A DNA stretch of 64,000 bases from Spirochaetota bacterium (GTDB taxonomy: Bacteria; Spirochaetota; Spirochaetia; Treponematales; Treponemataceae): the NCBI GenBank assembly GCA_016285185.1, contig JAEEQG010000031.1, positions 4,118-68,117 of the forward strand. Reading direction: 5' to 3'. Within the stretch, counting starts at the first letter, position 1; every line of letters begins with the position of its first letter. The position numbers and the translations under genes were made by a program. Of this stretch, positions 30,783 through 40,469 are shown piece by piece. The notes beneath the pieces are model-generated. The model was not told where the DNA came from, did not search any database, and saw nothing but the letters and a program-made list of their open reading frames with translations.

Positions 30783-31516
30783 GTTTGCTTACAGTTCCGG
30801 TAGACGTTATAAATCCTGATGACTTGGAAAAGGAGATTTTAGCGTTATCCGAAAAACCCGGAGCAAAACAGATTGTTTTTCTGTCGTTAAAAGATTTGCT
30901 TTTTGCACGCATTAATTCTGATTTTATGATTTGTTTGCAGAATGCGGATCTTGTTTTACCTGTTTCAAAATCGATTATTTCAGGAGCTTCATTTTTGAAA
31001 CTGCCTGTACCATTCCGCTATAATCCATTTGATGCAATTATTTCTATTCTTTCTGTTTTGGATAAGCATTATAAAACTTTGTATTTGTTGGGGAACCATA
31101 AAAAAAGCCTTATGCAGGCAGAACAAAACATTCATTCAACTTTTTCAGGACTTAGAATCGTCGGTCGTCATTCCGGCTATAACACCAAAACGGTTGAAAA
31201 AGACGTGGTTTCTGCTATTTACAAAGCATCACCGGCTTTAGTTCTGCTTAGCAACGGTATAAAAGGCGGTTCCAGATGGGTTTATTCAAGACGGAACAGC
31301 TTTTCTTCCAGTATGTTTTTATACCGCAAGGATATTTTGGATGTTTTTTCACACAGAAAAAAGAATGTTTCCGAAAAGCTTTTTGCAAAAGGTTTGGAAT
31401 TTTTCCCGGAAATTGTGAAAAATCCGTTGAAAATATTTTTTATTTTTCCATATATATGGTATAAAATATTATTGTTATTTTATAAAATAACTTCAAAACA
31501 GTCTAAATTCTATTGA
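30764..31516 (+). CDS. WecG/TagA/CpsF family glycosyltransferase
   Basis: The N terminus ISLLTVPVDVINPDDLEKEI and the overall size fit the family. It overlaps rsmE by 19 bp. Confidence 0.6.
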   Translation: MAIQRISLLTVPVDVINPDDLEKEILALSEKPGAKQIVFLSLKDLLFARINSDFMICLQNADLVLPVSKSIISGASFLKLPVPFRYNPFDAIISILSVLDKHYKTLYLLGNHKKSLMQAEQNIHSTFSGLRIVGRHSGYNTKTVEKDVVSAIYKASPALVLLSNGIKGGSRWVYSRRNSFSSSMFLYRKDILDVFSHRKKNVSEKLFAKGLEFFPEIVKNPLKIFFIFPYIWYKILLLFYKITSKQSKFY

Positions 31517-31582
31517 TTCTGCCTGACATCTGTACTGCCCGTAATAGCCTGTTATATGTAATATTTTTTTCAAGGGCTAACT

Positions 31583-32701
31583 ATGGTCGAATATATTGTA
31601 TTGTTTTCTGCAGATGCTTCTCTTATACAAATTTTTGGTGACACTATTTGTGGATTACAGGTTGAATCTTTTTCTAATATTCTTCAATCAACAAGCTTTT
31701 TTGAAACTCATGCTGTACGACTTTTGCTGATTGATTTTGTCAATCTAAATGCCGGTTATAATTCTTTTCTTTTGCAAATTAAGGACCGGTTCAATATTCC
31801 GGCAGCCATACTGTCAAAAGAATTTTTCCCTGATTTCCCTGTACAAGCAATAAAAGCAGGTTTTGATGATTATATTCTGTATCCTGTGAAGCAATGCATA
31901 CTTGAAAGCCGTCTTGAAAAGTTGCTGAAAAGGGATACTCAATCTGTTGCCGCGATTGCGCCTTTTGATGCTTTTATCGGCAAAACACCTGTAATATGTC
32001 AGCTTAAGCAGAAACTCGTTGAATATGCAAAAACTGATTTGCCGATTTTGCTCGAAGGAGAATCCGGAACAGGAAAATCATTTCTTGCTGAACTTATTCA
32101 CAAACATTCCTTGAGAAAAGAAAGAAATTTCAGAACGCTTAACCTTTCGTGTTTTGACACTCCTGTCTTTTTTAGTGAACTTGTCGGTTCAGTAAAAGGT
32201 GCATTTACTGATGCTGTTGACAGAAAAGGCTTTATTGAGGAAACAGAGGGCGGAACACTGCTGTTTGATGAAATCGGTGAAACCCCTCTCAAATCTCAGA
32301 CCCAGCTTTTACATTTAACGGAGTCACGTGAAATGTTCAGAGTTGGTTCTACGAAACCTATAAAATTTAATGTTCGTTTTCTATTTGCCACAAATTCCGA
32401 TTTAACCGAACGGATAGCGAGCGGGTTGTTCAGAAGAGATTTGTTTCATCGTATTAGTGTTTTACGGATTAAAATTCCACCTTTGCGCGAAAGGAAAGAT
32501 GATATTCCACTGTTTATAGATCACTTTTTGAAGAATACAGGAAAAATCCTTTCACCTGAGGGCTTTTTCAAATTATTGGATTACCCATGGCCTGGCAATG
32601 TGAGGGAACTTATTAACTGTCTGAAAAGGGCGGTTGTCCTTTCTTCCTGTGAGAATGTCATCAAAACTAATGACATAGAATTTGATCAAATTCCTTTCTG
32701 A
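31583..32701 (+). CDS. sigma-54-dependent AAA+ activator (bEBP) with a degenerate receiver domain and no C-terminal HTH
   Basis: Walker A GESGTGKS, Walker B LLFDEIGE, the sigma-54 contact loop GAFTDA, and RRDLFHRI. The protein ends ~20 aa after PWPGNVRELINCLKRAVVLS, so no Fis-type HTH is present. Confidence 0.8.
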   Translation: MVEYIVLFSADASLIQIFGDTICGLQVESFSNILQSTSFFETHAVRLLLIDFVNLNAGYNSFLLQIKDRFNIPAAILSKEFFPDFPVQAIKAGFDDYILYPVKQCILESRLEKLLKRDTQSVAAIAPFDAFIGKTPVICQLKQKLVEYAKTDLPILLEGESGTGKSFLAELIHKHSLRKERNFRTLNLSCFDTPVFFSELVGSVKGAFTDAVDRKGFIEETEGGTLLFDEIGETPLKSQTQLLHLTESREMFRVGSTKPIKFNVRFLFATNSDLTERIASGLFRRDLFHRISVLRIKIPPLRERKDDIPLFIDHFLKNTGKILSPEGFFKLLDYPWPGNVRELINCLKRAVVLSSCENVIKTNDIEFDQIPF

Positions 32702-32751
32702 TTTTCTGAAGCTTGGTTTGTAGCTGATACAGCCAGCCAATTACAGACATC

Positions 32752-32780
32752 TTTACGATTTTTTAACATCATAGTATAAT
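32752..32780 (+). promoter_or_regulatory. sigma-70-type promoter TTTACG-17-TATAAT upstream of livH
   Basis: TTTACG at 32752-32757 and TATAAT at 32775-32780. An SD (ggggga) precedes the GTG at 32811. Confidence 0.5.
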
Positions 32781-32810
32781 GCATAGAAATTTTTTGTTTT
32801 TGGGGGAATT

Positions 32811-33719
32811 GTGAGTTCTGGCAGTATTTTTTTAGAGCAGTTGACCAACGGAATATCGCTTGGAAGCATTTATGCGTTGATTGCTTTAGGATATACCATG
32901 GTATATGGTATTGTAATGCTTATTAACTTTGCTCACGGCGATATTCTTATGGTAGGAGCCTATGCAGGATACTTTATCCTTACGGCACTGGCTGCTTCGG
33001 GTATGCCTTATCTGGCTTTGGCGCTTGCTTTTGCCGGATCAATGATTTTGTGTGGTTTTCTTGGTATTATAATTGAAAAGTTTGCATATAGACCATTAAG
33101 AAATGCGCCCAGGTTGAATTCGCTGATTACGGCTATAGCGGTGTCTCTGATTTTACAGAACGGTATGCGTGTTCTACCGTTCGTAGGACCGAATCCCCGT
33201 CCTTTCCCAGGTGTAATAGAAGGTAAGTTGTCATTAGGAACTTTCTCAATATCATATATACAGCTTATAGTTATTTGCATTTCAGCTCTGCTTATGATTC
33301 TCCTCACAATCCTTATAAACTATACCAAAACCGGAAAAGCAATGCGTGCTGTTTCGTTTGATATGCAAGCTGCAAGTCTTATGGGAATTTCAGTAAACAG
33401 GACAATTTCATTTACTTTTGCACTGGGCTCTGTTCTTGCAGCTGCTGGTGGAATACTTTATGCAAGTGCATATCCACAGATAGATCCTGTTATGGGTTCA
33501 ATGCCTGGATTAAAAGCCTTTGTTGCAGCTGTCCTTGGTGGAATCGGTTCTGTCCCTGGTGCAATGCTCGGTGGTTTTATTCTTGGTATTGCAGAAACAC
33601 TGACCAAGGGATACATCAATTCCCAGTATGCGGATGCAATTTCTTTTTCAATATTAATAATAATTCTGCTTATAAAACCTTCCGGTTTGCTTGGCAAAAA
33701 CATTAGGGTTAAGGTATAA
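32811..33719 (+). CDS. livH: branched-chain amino acid ABC transporter permease
   Basis: 302 aa starting LEQLTNGISLGSIYALIALGYTMVYG, a typical LivH N terminus. Confidence 0.9.
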   Translation: MSSGSIFLEQLTNGISLGSIYALIALGYTMVYGIVMLINFAHGDILMVGAYAGYFILTALAASGMPYLALALAFAGSMILCGFLGIIIEKFAYRPLRNAPRLNSLITAIAVSLILQNGMRVLPFVGPNPRPFPGVIEGKLSLGTFSISYIQLIVICISALLMILLTILINYTKTGKAMRAVSFDMQAASLMGISVNRTISFTFALGSVLAAAGGILYASAYPQIDPVMGSMPGLKAFVAAVLGGIGSVPGAMLGGFILGIAETLTKGYINSQYADAISFSILIIILLIKPSGLLGKNIRVKV

Positions 33720-33721
33720 AT

Positions 33722-34708
33722 ATGAAAAAAGATTCCAGAAACTTTATTTTGTTGGGAATAATTGTTGTTTTTATTGTATTTGTTCCCGCACTATTAATAA
33801 AATTCAGCATAATCGATGCATATACTGCACAAATTTTGACGCTCGGCGGGATAAACGCAATCCTTGCCATAAGTGTAAACATAGTTTGTGGTTTAACAGG
33901 ACAACTTTCTTTAGGACAAGCCGGTTTTATGGCAATTGGTTCTTATTCCTGTATTTTTTTTACATCATCTCTTGGTTGTCCTCTTGCTCTGAGCATCTGT
34001 ATTGCAGGTTTAATAACCGCATTTTTCGGATTTTTGATTGGTTTCCCGACTTTGAAACTCACCGGTGACTATCTTGCCATTGTAACACTGGGATTTGGTG
34101 AAATAATCCGAGTAGTTTTTGTAAATCTAAAGTCAATTACAGGTGGCGCAAACGGTATGCGTTTTACTACAAAGCTTACAGTTTTCCCTGATTTGGCGTT
34201 TTTGACCATTATTGGAACTCTTGTTGCGATTATTATTCTTCTTCAGAATTTTATGCGTTCAACTTATGGACGGGCAATTATGGCAGTAAGAGAAGATGAA
34301 ATAGCTGCTAATTCAAATGGTGTCGGCGTTTTCAAGTATAAGATGACCGGTTTTGTAATTGCCTCTTTTGTTGCCGGCATCGGTGGTGCTTTGTATGCTC
34401 CCTTTATTGCGTTTGTAAAGCCGGATTTGGCTTCTTTCAACCGCAGTATTGATTATCTTATTTTTGTCGTTCTGGGTGGAATGGGCTCTATAACGGGATC
34501 TGTATCTGCAGCCTTTATTCTTACATATCTGCAGGAATTTTTGAGATTCCTGAGTGATTACAGGCTTTTGATTTATCCGCTTATTCTCATACTTGTTATG
34601 CTGTTCAGACCGCAGGGACTGCTTGGAACTAAGGAAATCTCTTTTGTGGGCTTGTGGGAAAAAATTACACAAAAATCAGTAAAAAAGGAGAAAGCTGATG
34701 CAAACTGA
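33722..34708 (+). CDS. livM: branched-chain amino acid ABC transporter permease
   Basis: 328 aa with LSLGQAGFMAIGSY and DYLAIVTLGFGEI motifs. Confidence 0.9.
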   Translation: MKKDSRNFILLGIIVVFIVFVPALLIKFSIIDAYTAQILTLGGINAILAISVNIVCGLTGQLSLGQAGFMAIGSYSCIFFTSSLGCPLALSICIAGLITAFFGFLIGFPTLKLTGDYLAIVTLGFGEIIRVVFVNLKSITGGANGMRFTTKLTVFPDLAFLTIIGTLVAIIILLQNFMRSTYGRAIMAVREDEIAANSNGVGVFKYKMTGFVIASFVAGIGGALYAPFIAFVKPDLASFNRSIDYLIFVVLGGMGSITGSVSAAFILTYLQEFLRFLSDYRLLIYPLILILVMLFRPQGLLGTKEISFVGLWEKITQKSVKKEKADAN

Positions 34709-35504
34709 AAGTAACCTGCTACTGAGGGCCAGTGACATTTCAATAATATTTGGAGGTTTGCGGGCTGTTTCCAATTTTTCCTGCGAGTTATACAAAGGAG
34801 AGCTTGTCGGTTTGATAGGACCGAATGGTGCAGGAAAAACTACTGTTTTTAATATGTTATCCGGTATATATACACCAACGGAAGGTGATATTACTTTTTG
34901 GGACAAAAAAGGTGCTGTCCATATGGTCGGTAAAATGCAACCGTATCAGCTCAATAAAATTGGTATTTCAAGAACATTCCAGAATATCAGGCTTTTTAAC
35001 AATCTTTCTGTGGAAGACAACGTTCGTATCGCGCTTCATTCTCAAAGGAAAGTAAATCCTTTAGACGTACTTTTGCGAACTCCTCGTTTCCGTAAAGATG
35101 AGCAATTTATGACGGAAAAAACAGAACAGCTTTTGGCAATATTCAACATAGCAGATAAGAAAAAAGAGCTTGCAAAGAATCTGCCGTACGGTGAACAGCG
35201 TAAGCTTGAAATTGTACGTGCTTTGGCTTCAAATCCGACTTTACTTCTTCTGGATGAACCTGCTGCCGGCATGAATCCACAGGAAACTGATGAACTTATG
35301 AAACTTATTTCATTTATAAGAAAGGAATTTAATCTGACCATTCTTCTTATTGAGCATGATATGCACTTGGTAATGGGAATCTGTGAACGTCTTATTGTTC
35401 TTGATTATGGAAGAATTATTGCGGCGGGTTTACCAGCTGAAATTCAAAAGGACCCTGCTGTTATAAAAGCTTATTTGGGTGAGGAGGCTGTAATTGATGC
35501 TTAA
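34698..35504 (+). CDS. livG: branched-chain amino acid ABC transporter ATP-binding protein
   Basis: FGGLRAV, GPNGAGKTT and LLLDEPAAGMNP, plus a LivG-type insertion. Confidence 0.9.
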   Translation: MQTESNLLLRASDISIIFGGLRAVSNFSCELYKGELVGLIGPNGAGKTTVFNMLSGIYTPTEGDITFWDKKGAVHMVGKMQPYQLNKIGISRTFQNIRLFNNLSVEDNVRIALHSQRKVNPLDVLLRTPRFRKDEQFMTEKTEQLLAIFNIADKKKELAKNLPYGEQRKLEIVRALASNPTLLLLDEPAAGMNPQETDELMKLISFIRKEFNLTILLIEHDMHLVMGICERLIVLDYGRIIAAGLPAEIQKDPAVIKAYLGEEAVIDA

Positions 35505-36201
35505 GGTTGAAAATCTTGTGGTACACTATGGCGCAATAAAAGCCTTGCGCGGGATCTCTTTTGAAGTTAATGAGGGAGAAATTATTTCTTTAATAGGTTC
35601 AAACGGTGCAGGAAAGACCACGACTCTTCATGCTCTTTCAAATATAATAAAGAAAACAGACGGAAAGGTTGTATTTGAGGACGAAGATATTACATCTCTT
35701 CAGCCTGATACAATCGTAAAAAAAGGTTTAATTCAAGTCCCTGAAGGTAGACGTATTTTTGCAAATCTTACTGTAAAGGAAAATCTGGAGATGGGAGCTT
35801 TTACACGTACTGACAAAAAGGGAATAAAAGACGATATCGATCTTGTTTTTGAAAATTTTCCGCGTTTAAAAGAGCGCATCAGACAGGTTGCCGGAACTCT
35901 TTCTGGTGGTGAACAGCAGATGCTTGCAATCGGGCGTGCACTGATGTCAAAGCCGCGTCTTCTCCTTTTGGATGAGCCGTCTATGGGACTTGCCCCTATT
36001 CTGGTTGATGAAATTTTTTCAATTATCAAAAAGATCAATGAAAGCGGTACAACAATCCTGTTGGTAGAGCAGAATGCGTTCAAGGCTCTTGCTGTTGCTG
36101 ACAGGGCATATGTTCTGGAAACAGGGGTAATATCAAAGACAGGAAACGCAAAAGATTTGCTTGAGGATGATTCCGTAAAGAAAGCATATTTGGGCGGATA
36201 A
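35494..36201 (+). CDS. livF: branched-chain amino acid ABC transporter ATP-binding protein
   Basis: GSNGAGKTT, LSGGEQQMLAIGRAL and LLLDEPSMGLAP. Confidence 0.9.
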   Translation: MMLKVENLVVHYGAIKALRGISFEVNEGEIISLIGSNGAGKTTTLHALSNIIKKTDGKVVFEDEDITSLQPDTIVKKGLIQVPEGRRIFANLTVKENLEMGAFTRTDKKGIKDDIDLVFENFPRLKERIRQVAGTLSGGEQQMLAIGRALMSKPRLLLLDEPSMGLAPILVDEIFSIIKKINESGTTILLVEQNAFKALAVADRAYVLETGVISKTGNAKDLLEDDSVKKAYLGG

Positions 36202-36258
36202 AAAAATTAGTTGTTTTCTTCGTTTTTAGTGTTATAATTAATTACAACGGAGGTATGT

Positions 36259-36897
36259 ATGATTATTGCCGGAATTATGACCAAAAACCCTGTTTTTGTT
36301 ACTCCTGATTTATCAGTTAATGATGCAAAGGCTTTGATGACAAGGGAAAAAATACAAAAACTCCCTGTTCTTAATAAAAACAATGAGCTTGTCGGAATTG
36401 TAACGCAGAAAGAACTTCTGAATGCAGGACCCAGTGCTGCGACAACCCTTGATATGTATGAAATCAGCTATTTGCTTTCAAAGCTTAAGGTTGTAAATAT
36501 AATGAACAAGAATGTTATTTCTGTTCAAGAAACTGAAACCATTGAAGAAGCTGCAAGAATAATGGCTGATAATAACATAGGGTGTCTGCCGGTAATGAAG
36601 GGCAAACTTCTTGTCGGCATAATAACCGAGAGTGATTTGTTCAGAACTTTTGTAGATCTTTTCGGGGCAAGACATCTTGGAATCCGTGTTACATTCAGCC
36701 TTGATGAAAAACCTGGACAGCTCGCTGTACTGACAAAAGCTATCGCTGATAAAAACGGAAATATTATTTCACTTGTTACTTCTGAAGGAGATGATGTTTC
36801 CAAACGGCGTGTAACATGCCGAATTGCGGATCTTGATATGGATTCTGTAAAAGCGATATATAAAGAATTGGATATTAAAATAGAAGATATTCGTTAG
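36259..36897 (+). CDS. CBS-pair plus ACT domain protein (AcuB-like)
   Basis: Two CBS motifs (IMTKNPVFV..., VMKGKLLVGIITESDL) and a C-terminal ACT-like segment. It has its own -10 (tgttataat) and an SD (ggagg). Confidence 0.75.
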   Translation: MIIAGIMTKNPVFVTPDLSVNDAKALMTREKIQKLPVLNKNNELVGIVTQKELLNAGPSAATTLDMYEISYLLSKLKVVNIMNKNVISVQETETIEEAARIMADNNIGCLPVMKGKLLVGIITESDLFRTFVDLFGARHLGIRVTFSLDEKPGQLAVLTKAIADKNGNIISLVTSEGDDVSKRRVTCRIADLDMDSVKAIYKELDIKIEDIR

Positions 36898-36959
36898 AAT
36901 TCTTGAAAAGAAATCGGCATCAGAATGTGTTGTAGTTTTTGCAAGACGTCTGGTGCCGT

Positions 36960-38459
36960 TTATTTTTGTATGGTTCTTTCAAAACGGACAGGTGCTTCTC
37001 CTGTGAGTGAAAAACCTTTTATGCTTATATTAACTGGATAGAGCAAAAGCGTTTCTTTTGTACTGTCATCTGTATCCGTCATTTCAAGTTCAGGTTTGTA
37101 ATGTCCTTTTAGCATTGATTCGCCTTTGAGAGTTCGGAATTCCAAAAGAGTTTCATTGTTTATCATTGTCTCTGTTATTATCCCTGAACTGTTTCTTTCA
37201 TCATTTGTTATAAAAAATTGCGACTTCTTTATGGTCACCGACATATTGTCTGGTGTTGTCCAGATTTGGCTCTCGCTTTCAATTTTATTCAGCAACCGGG
37301 AATCAGTCTGTTGTTTGTATGAACTTGCTTTTAAAGAAATTTTTCTGTAAGTGCCATCCCACAAAGTTTCTTCCTTTATATACATTTTTACGTCATCATT
37401 TACACGCAGCTTTATTTCATCAAGGCCGTTCAATGTAATGTTGAACTGACGAATAAGATTGTTTATGGACTTACTCATTGAAGTTATATGAATACCGTTT
37501 TTTGTCAGAGAACTTGCAGTCCAGCCGTAAAGTTCCTGGGTGGTGTCGAAAGAAAGGATTATTTCTTTGTCTTCTGTATTAAAAAATATGTAACGCAGGT
37601 TGTTCCCCGATGAAGGTGTTTTGTACCACAGTCCGGACAGAAAATTTTCAAAAGTTTCTGCAGTTCCGTCAAGAATTCGGTTTAATTCATTAGCTGCAAT
37701 TTTTTTACCGCTTACCCTTGTTTCCGAGACAACCACATATTTTTTGTCGGCGAAAGACCAATTCCACATGGTCTGAATCTGATCCAATGATTCTGTACTG
37801 CGGCTTGTATCCGAACTGTAGACCCATATCGGGTAGCTTTCTCCCTGTGTTTTGAACATTGAGTACGCGTCACTCCGATCTGACTGTTGGATAAAAATAT
37901 TGCCGTCTGTTTTAAGGTCTGCTATCAAATCATAGTTGAATTTAAAACGCAAAAACGATGAAGGTTTGTATGCTTTGAGAATTGATTCTCCGTTGTTATT
38001 CATTCCTGTAAACACAAGAACATTGGAATGGTCGCCGATTAAGTCTGTAACTGAAAAGGAAAAGGTATTTGCCTGTGTTACTCCTGTTTCTATTTCTGAA
38101 ACCCGCTGGTATTCGGCTTTGTCGGAGTTGTATATGCCTGTGATAAGAATGACGGATGCGACACCGGAGCGTTTTACGCTGATAATCTGATCATCCAGTG
38201 TATCACCGTTAATATCCGTTGCAATAATATTGAGAAGAATTTCGTTCGGTTGCAGAGTAATGAGAGTTGTTGTTATATCTGCATTTTTTTCGGAAACTGC
38301 GACAGTTTCTTCTTCCTGCTGTTCAATATTGGTAACCGGTCTTACTGTAACGGATTTTACAATTTCTTTTTCCACCGGTTTTTTTGTACGCATTATTAAT
38401 GAAAAAACAAGTAGAAAAACTATAACAGCAGCAAATACTGAAATGACAAACTTTCTCAT
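36960..38459 (-). CDS. hypothetical membrane-anchored protein
   Basis: N-terminal TM anchor MRKFVISVFAAVIVFLLVF, and one FG-GAP/VCBS-like motif (TDINGDTLDDQI). The start at ATG 38459 is chosen from promoter geometry; the track ORF starts at GTG 38486. Confidence 0.5.
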   Translation of the reverse strand: MRKFVISVFAAVIVFLLVFSLIMRTKKPVEKEIVKSVTVRPVTNIEQQEEETVAVSEKNADITTTLITLQPNEILLNIIATDINGDTLDDQIISVKRSGVASVILITGIYNSDKAEYQRVSEIETGVTQANTFSFSVTDLIGDHSNVLVFTGMNNNGESILKAYKPSSFLRFKFNYDLIADLKTDGNIFIQQSDRSDAYSMFKTQGESYPIWVYSSDTSRSTESLDQIQTMWNWSFADKKYVVVSETRVSGKKIAANELNRILDGTAETFENFLSGLWYKTPSSGNNLRYIFFNTEDKEIILSFDTTQELYGWTASSLTKNGIHITSMSKSINNLIRQFNITLNGLDEIKLRVNDDVKMYIKEETLWDGTYRKISLKASSYKQQTDSRLLNKIESESQIWTTPDNMSVTIKKSQFFITNDERNSSGIITETMINNETLLEFRTLKGESMLKGHYKPELEMTDTDDSTKETLLLYPVNISIKGFSLTGEAPVRFERTIQK

Positions 38460-38466
38460 CGCTTTT

Positions 38467-38495
38467 ACTATATCAGTTTTTTGCACCTGTGTCGA
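38467..38495 (-). promoter_or_regulatory. sigma-70-type promoter TCGACA-17-TATAGT; the -10 ends 7 nt before the ATG at 38459
   Basis: Minus strand: TCGACA (38495..38490) and TATAGT (38472..38467), with no SD. Confidence 0.4.
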
Positions 38496-38545
38496 GATTT
38501 TGGGCTTACTCCTCTGTATCCGGATTGTTTACCCGTCTTGGTATA

Positions 38546-38575
38546 TTGACACTCAATCTCTCATTCCCATAAAAT
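38546..38575 (+). promoter_or_regulatory. sigma-70-type promoter TTGACA-18-TAAAAT; the -10 ends 7 nt before the alaS ATG at 38583
   Basis: TTGACA at 38546-38551 and TAAAAT at 38570-38575, with no SD. Confidence 0.45.
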
Positions 38576-38582
38576 GTGTTCT

Positions 38583-40367
38583 ATGACAGCAAATGAATTA
38601 CGTTCAAAGTATATTGAATTTTTCAAAAGTAAAGATCATGTGGAAATTTCCGGACGGTCTCTTATACCGGAAAATGATCCTTCCGTGCTTTTTACAACGG
38701 CAGGAATGCATCCTTTGGTTCCTTTTTTGCTGGGTGAGCCGCATCCTGCAGGAAAAAGACTGACTGATTACCAAAAGTGTATCAGAACCGGTGATATTGA
38801 CGAAGTCGGTGATCCGAGTCATCTTACCTGTTTTGAAATGCTTGGAAACTGGTCTCTTGGTGATTATTTCAAGAAAGAATCGATTGCATACAGCTATGAA
38901 TTCTTGACAAGCAAAAAATGGCTTGCACTGGATCCTGCTAAAATTTCGGTAACGGTTTTTGCAGGTGATGAAAACGCCCCCCGTGATGAGGAATCTGCCG
39001 GTTATTGGAAAGCAAACGGAATGCCGGAAGATAAAATTGCCTATTTACCTGCAAGTGACAACTGGTGGGCAGCCGGTCCAACAGGTCCGTGCGGTCCTGA
39101 TACAGAAATATTTTACTGGGTAGGCGAAGGCTTGCCTCCTGTTGGTTCAAATAAAGGTACTGATAAAGATAACTGGCTTGAAATTTGGAACAATGTTTTT
39201 ATGGAATACAATCGTGTTGACGAAAAAACATTGGTAAAACTTCCAAAACAAAATGTGGATACCGGAATGGGGCTCGAAAGAACCAACTGTATCCTTCAGG
39301 GAAAGACAAGTGTTTATTTAACAGAAGTTTTTCAGCCTATAATTAAAACGATTGAAAAACTTGCAGGTTATACATACGGTTCTGATGCAGAAAAGGATAA
39401 AAGTGTCCGTATTATTGCCGATCATGCAAGAGCATCTGTGTTCATTATAGGAGATCCAAAAGGTGTTTCGCCGTCAAATGTCGGTGCGGGCTATGTTTTG
39501 CGCCGTTTGATCCGTCGTGCTGTACGTCATGGAAGAAAACTCGGTATCGAAAATACGTTCCTCGCGGATCTTTCTGTTTCGGTTATTGAAAATTTCAAAA
39601 ACGCATATCCTGAACTTGAGCAGAATGCGGAAAAGATAAAGCAGGAACTTACAGCCGAAGAAAATAAGTTTGGTCAGACTCTTCGCAAAGGTGAAGCAGA
39701 ATTCGAAAAACTTCTGCCTAATTTGGCAAAGAATCCTAAAAAAGAAATTCCTGGACGTGTTGCTTTCCGACTGTATGACACATTCGGCTTTCCTATTGAA
39801 ATTACAGAAGAGCTTGCCGCCGAAAATGGTTTTACAGTTGACAAGGTCGGTTTTAAGGAAGCCGAGAAAAAACATCAGGAACTTTCAAGAACAGCCGAAG
39901 CGGGAAAGGCAAAAGGCGGTCTTGCAGAACAGTCGGAAATGACAATAAAGTATCATACTGCAACCCACTTGTTACAGGCTGCTTTGAAACGTGTTCTTGG
40001 AGATCATGTCGCACAGAAAGGTTCAAATATTACAAATGAAAGGATGCGTTTTGACTTTTCTCATCCGGCTCCGATGACCCCGGAAGAGATAAAGAAGGTT
40101 GAAAATCTTGTCAATGAGCAAATTTCGCGTAACCTTCCTGTAACAATGGAGATTATGAATTTGGAAGATGCTAAGAAAAGTGGAGCTACAGCTCTTTTCG
40201 GCGAAAAATACGAGAATAATGTAAAAGTTTACACTATTGGTGATTTTTCAAAGGAAGTATGTGGCGGACCGCATGTAACAAATACAGGGGTTCTTGGCAA
40301 ATTTGTAATTAAGAAGGAACAGTCTTCGTCTGCGGGTGTCCGTCGTATTAAGGCTGTGTTGGAATAA
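38583..40367 (+). CDS. alaS: alanine--tRNA ligase, short form (catalytic, tRNA-recognition and editing domains; no C-Ala domain)
   Basis: MTANELRSKYIEFFKSKDH, FTTAGM, and the editing-domain motifs HTATHLL and CGGPHV. It ends ~45 aa after the editing Zn site (594 aa). Confidence 0.9.
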   Translation: MTANELRSKYIEFFKSKDHVEISGRSLIPENDPSVLFTTAGMHPLVPFLLGEPHPAGKRLTDYQKCIRTGDIDEVGDPSHLTCFEMLGNWSLGDYFKKESIAYSYEFLTSKKWLALDPAKISVTVFAGDENAPRDEESAGYWKANGMPEDKIAYLPASDNWWAAGPTGPCGPDTEIFYWVGEGLPPVGSNKGTDKDNWLEIWNNVFMEYNRVDEKTLVKLPKQNVDTGMGLERTNCILQGKTSVYLTEVFQPIIKTIEKLAGYTYGSDAEKDKSVRIIADHARASVFIIGDPKGVSPSNVGAGYVLRRLIRRAVRHGRKLGIENTFLADLSVSVIENFKNAYPELEQNAEKIKQELTAEENKFGQTLRKGEAEFEKLLPNLAKNPKKEIPGRVAFRLYDTFGFPIEITEELAAENGFTVDKVGFKEAEKKHQELSRTAEAGKAKGGLAEQSEMTIKYHTATHLLQAALKRVLGDHVAQKGSNITNERMRFDFSHPAPMTPEEIKKVENLVNEQISRNLPVTMEIMNLEDAKKSGATALFGEKYENNVKVYTIGDFSKEVCGGPHVTNTGVLGKFVIKKEQSSSAGVRRIKAVLE

Positions 40368-40368
40368 A

Positions 40369-40397
40369 AGTTGCAGAATTTTTGTAACTTTTTTTGG
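40369..40397 (+). terminator. rho-independent terminator after alaS (AT-rich stem)
   Basis: aagttgca (40369-40376) pairs with tgtaactt (40384-40391) including one G-U, followed by tttttt. Confidence 0.45.
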
Positions 40398-40469
40398 ACG
40401 GTATTGTTTAATTGATACTGGTTATTATTTTCATGTTAAACTGAGTTTGGTTTAATTAAAGAGGTTAAA

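Noticed and set aside
32702-32810. A sigma-54 (-24/-12, GG-N10-GC) promoter expected near the sigma-54 activator. I also looked in the intergenic regions at 2907-2995, 7720-7887, 10450-10507, 14614-14675, 22525-22586, 28317-28392, 31517-31582 and 50786-50900.
   Set aside because: I found no GG-N10-GC element with TGGCAC/TTGC-like context by eye. The check was manual and restricted to intergenic DNA.
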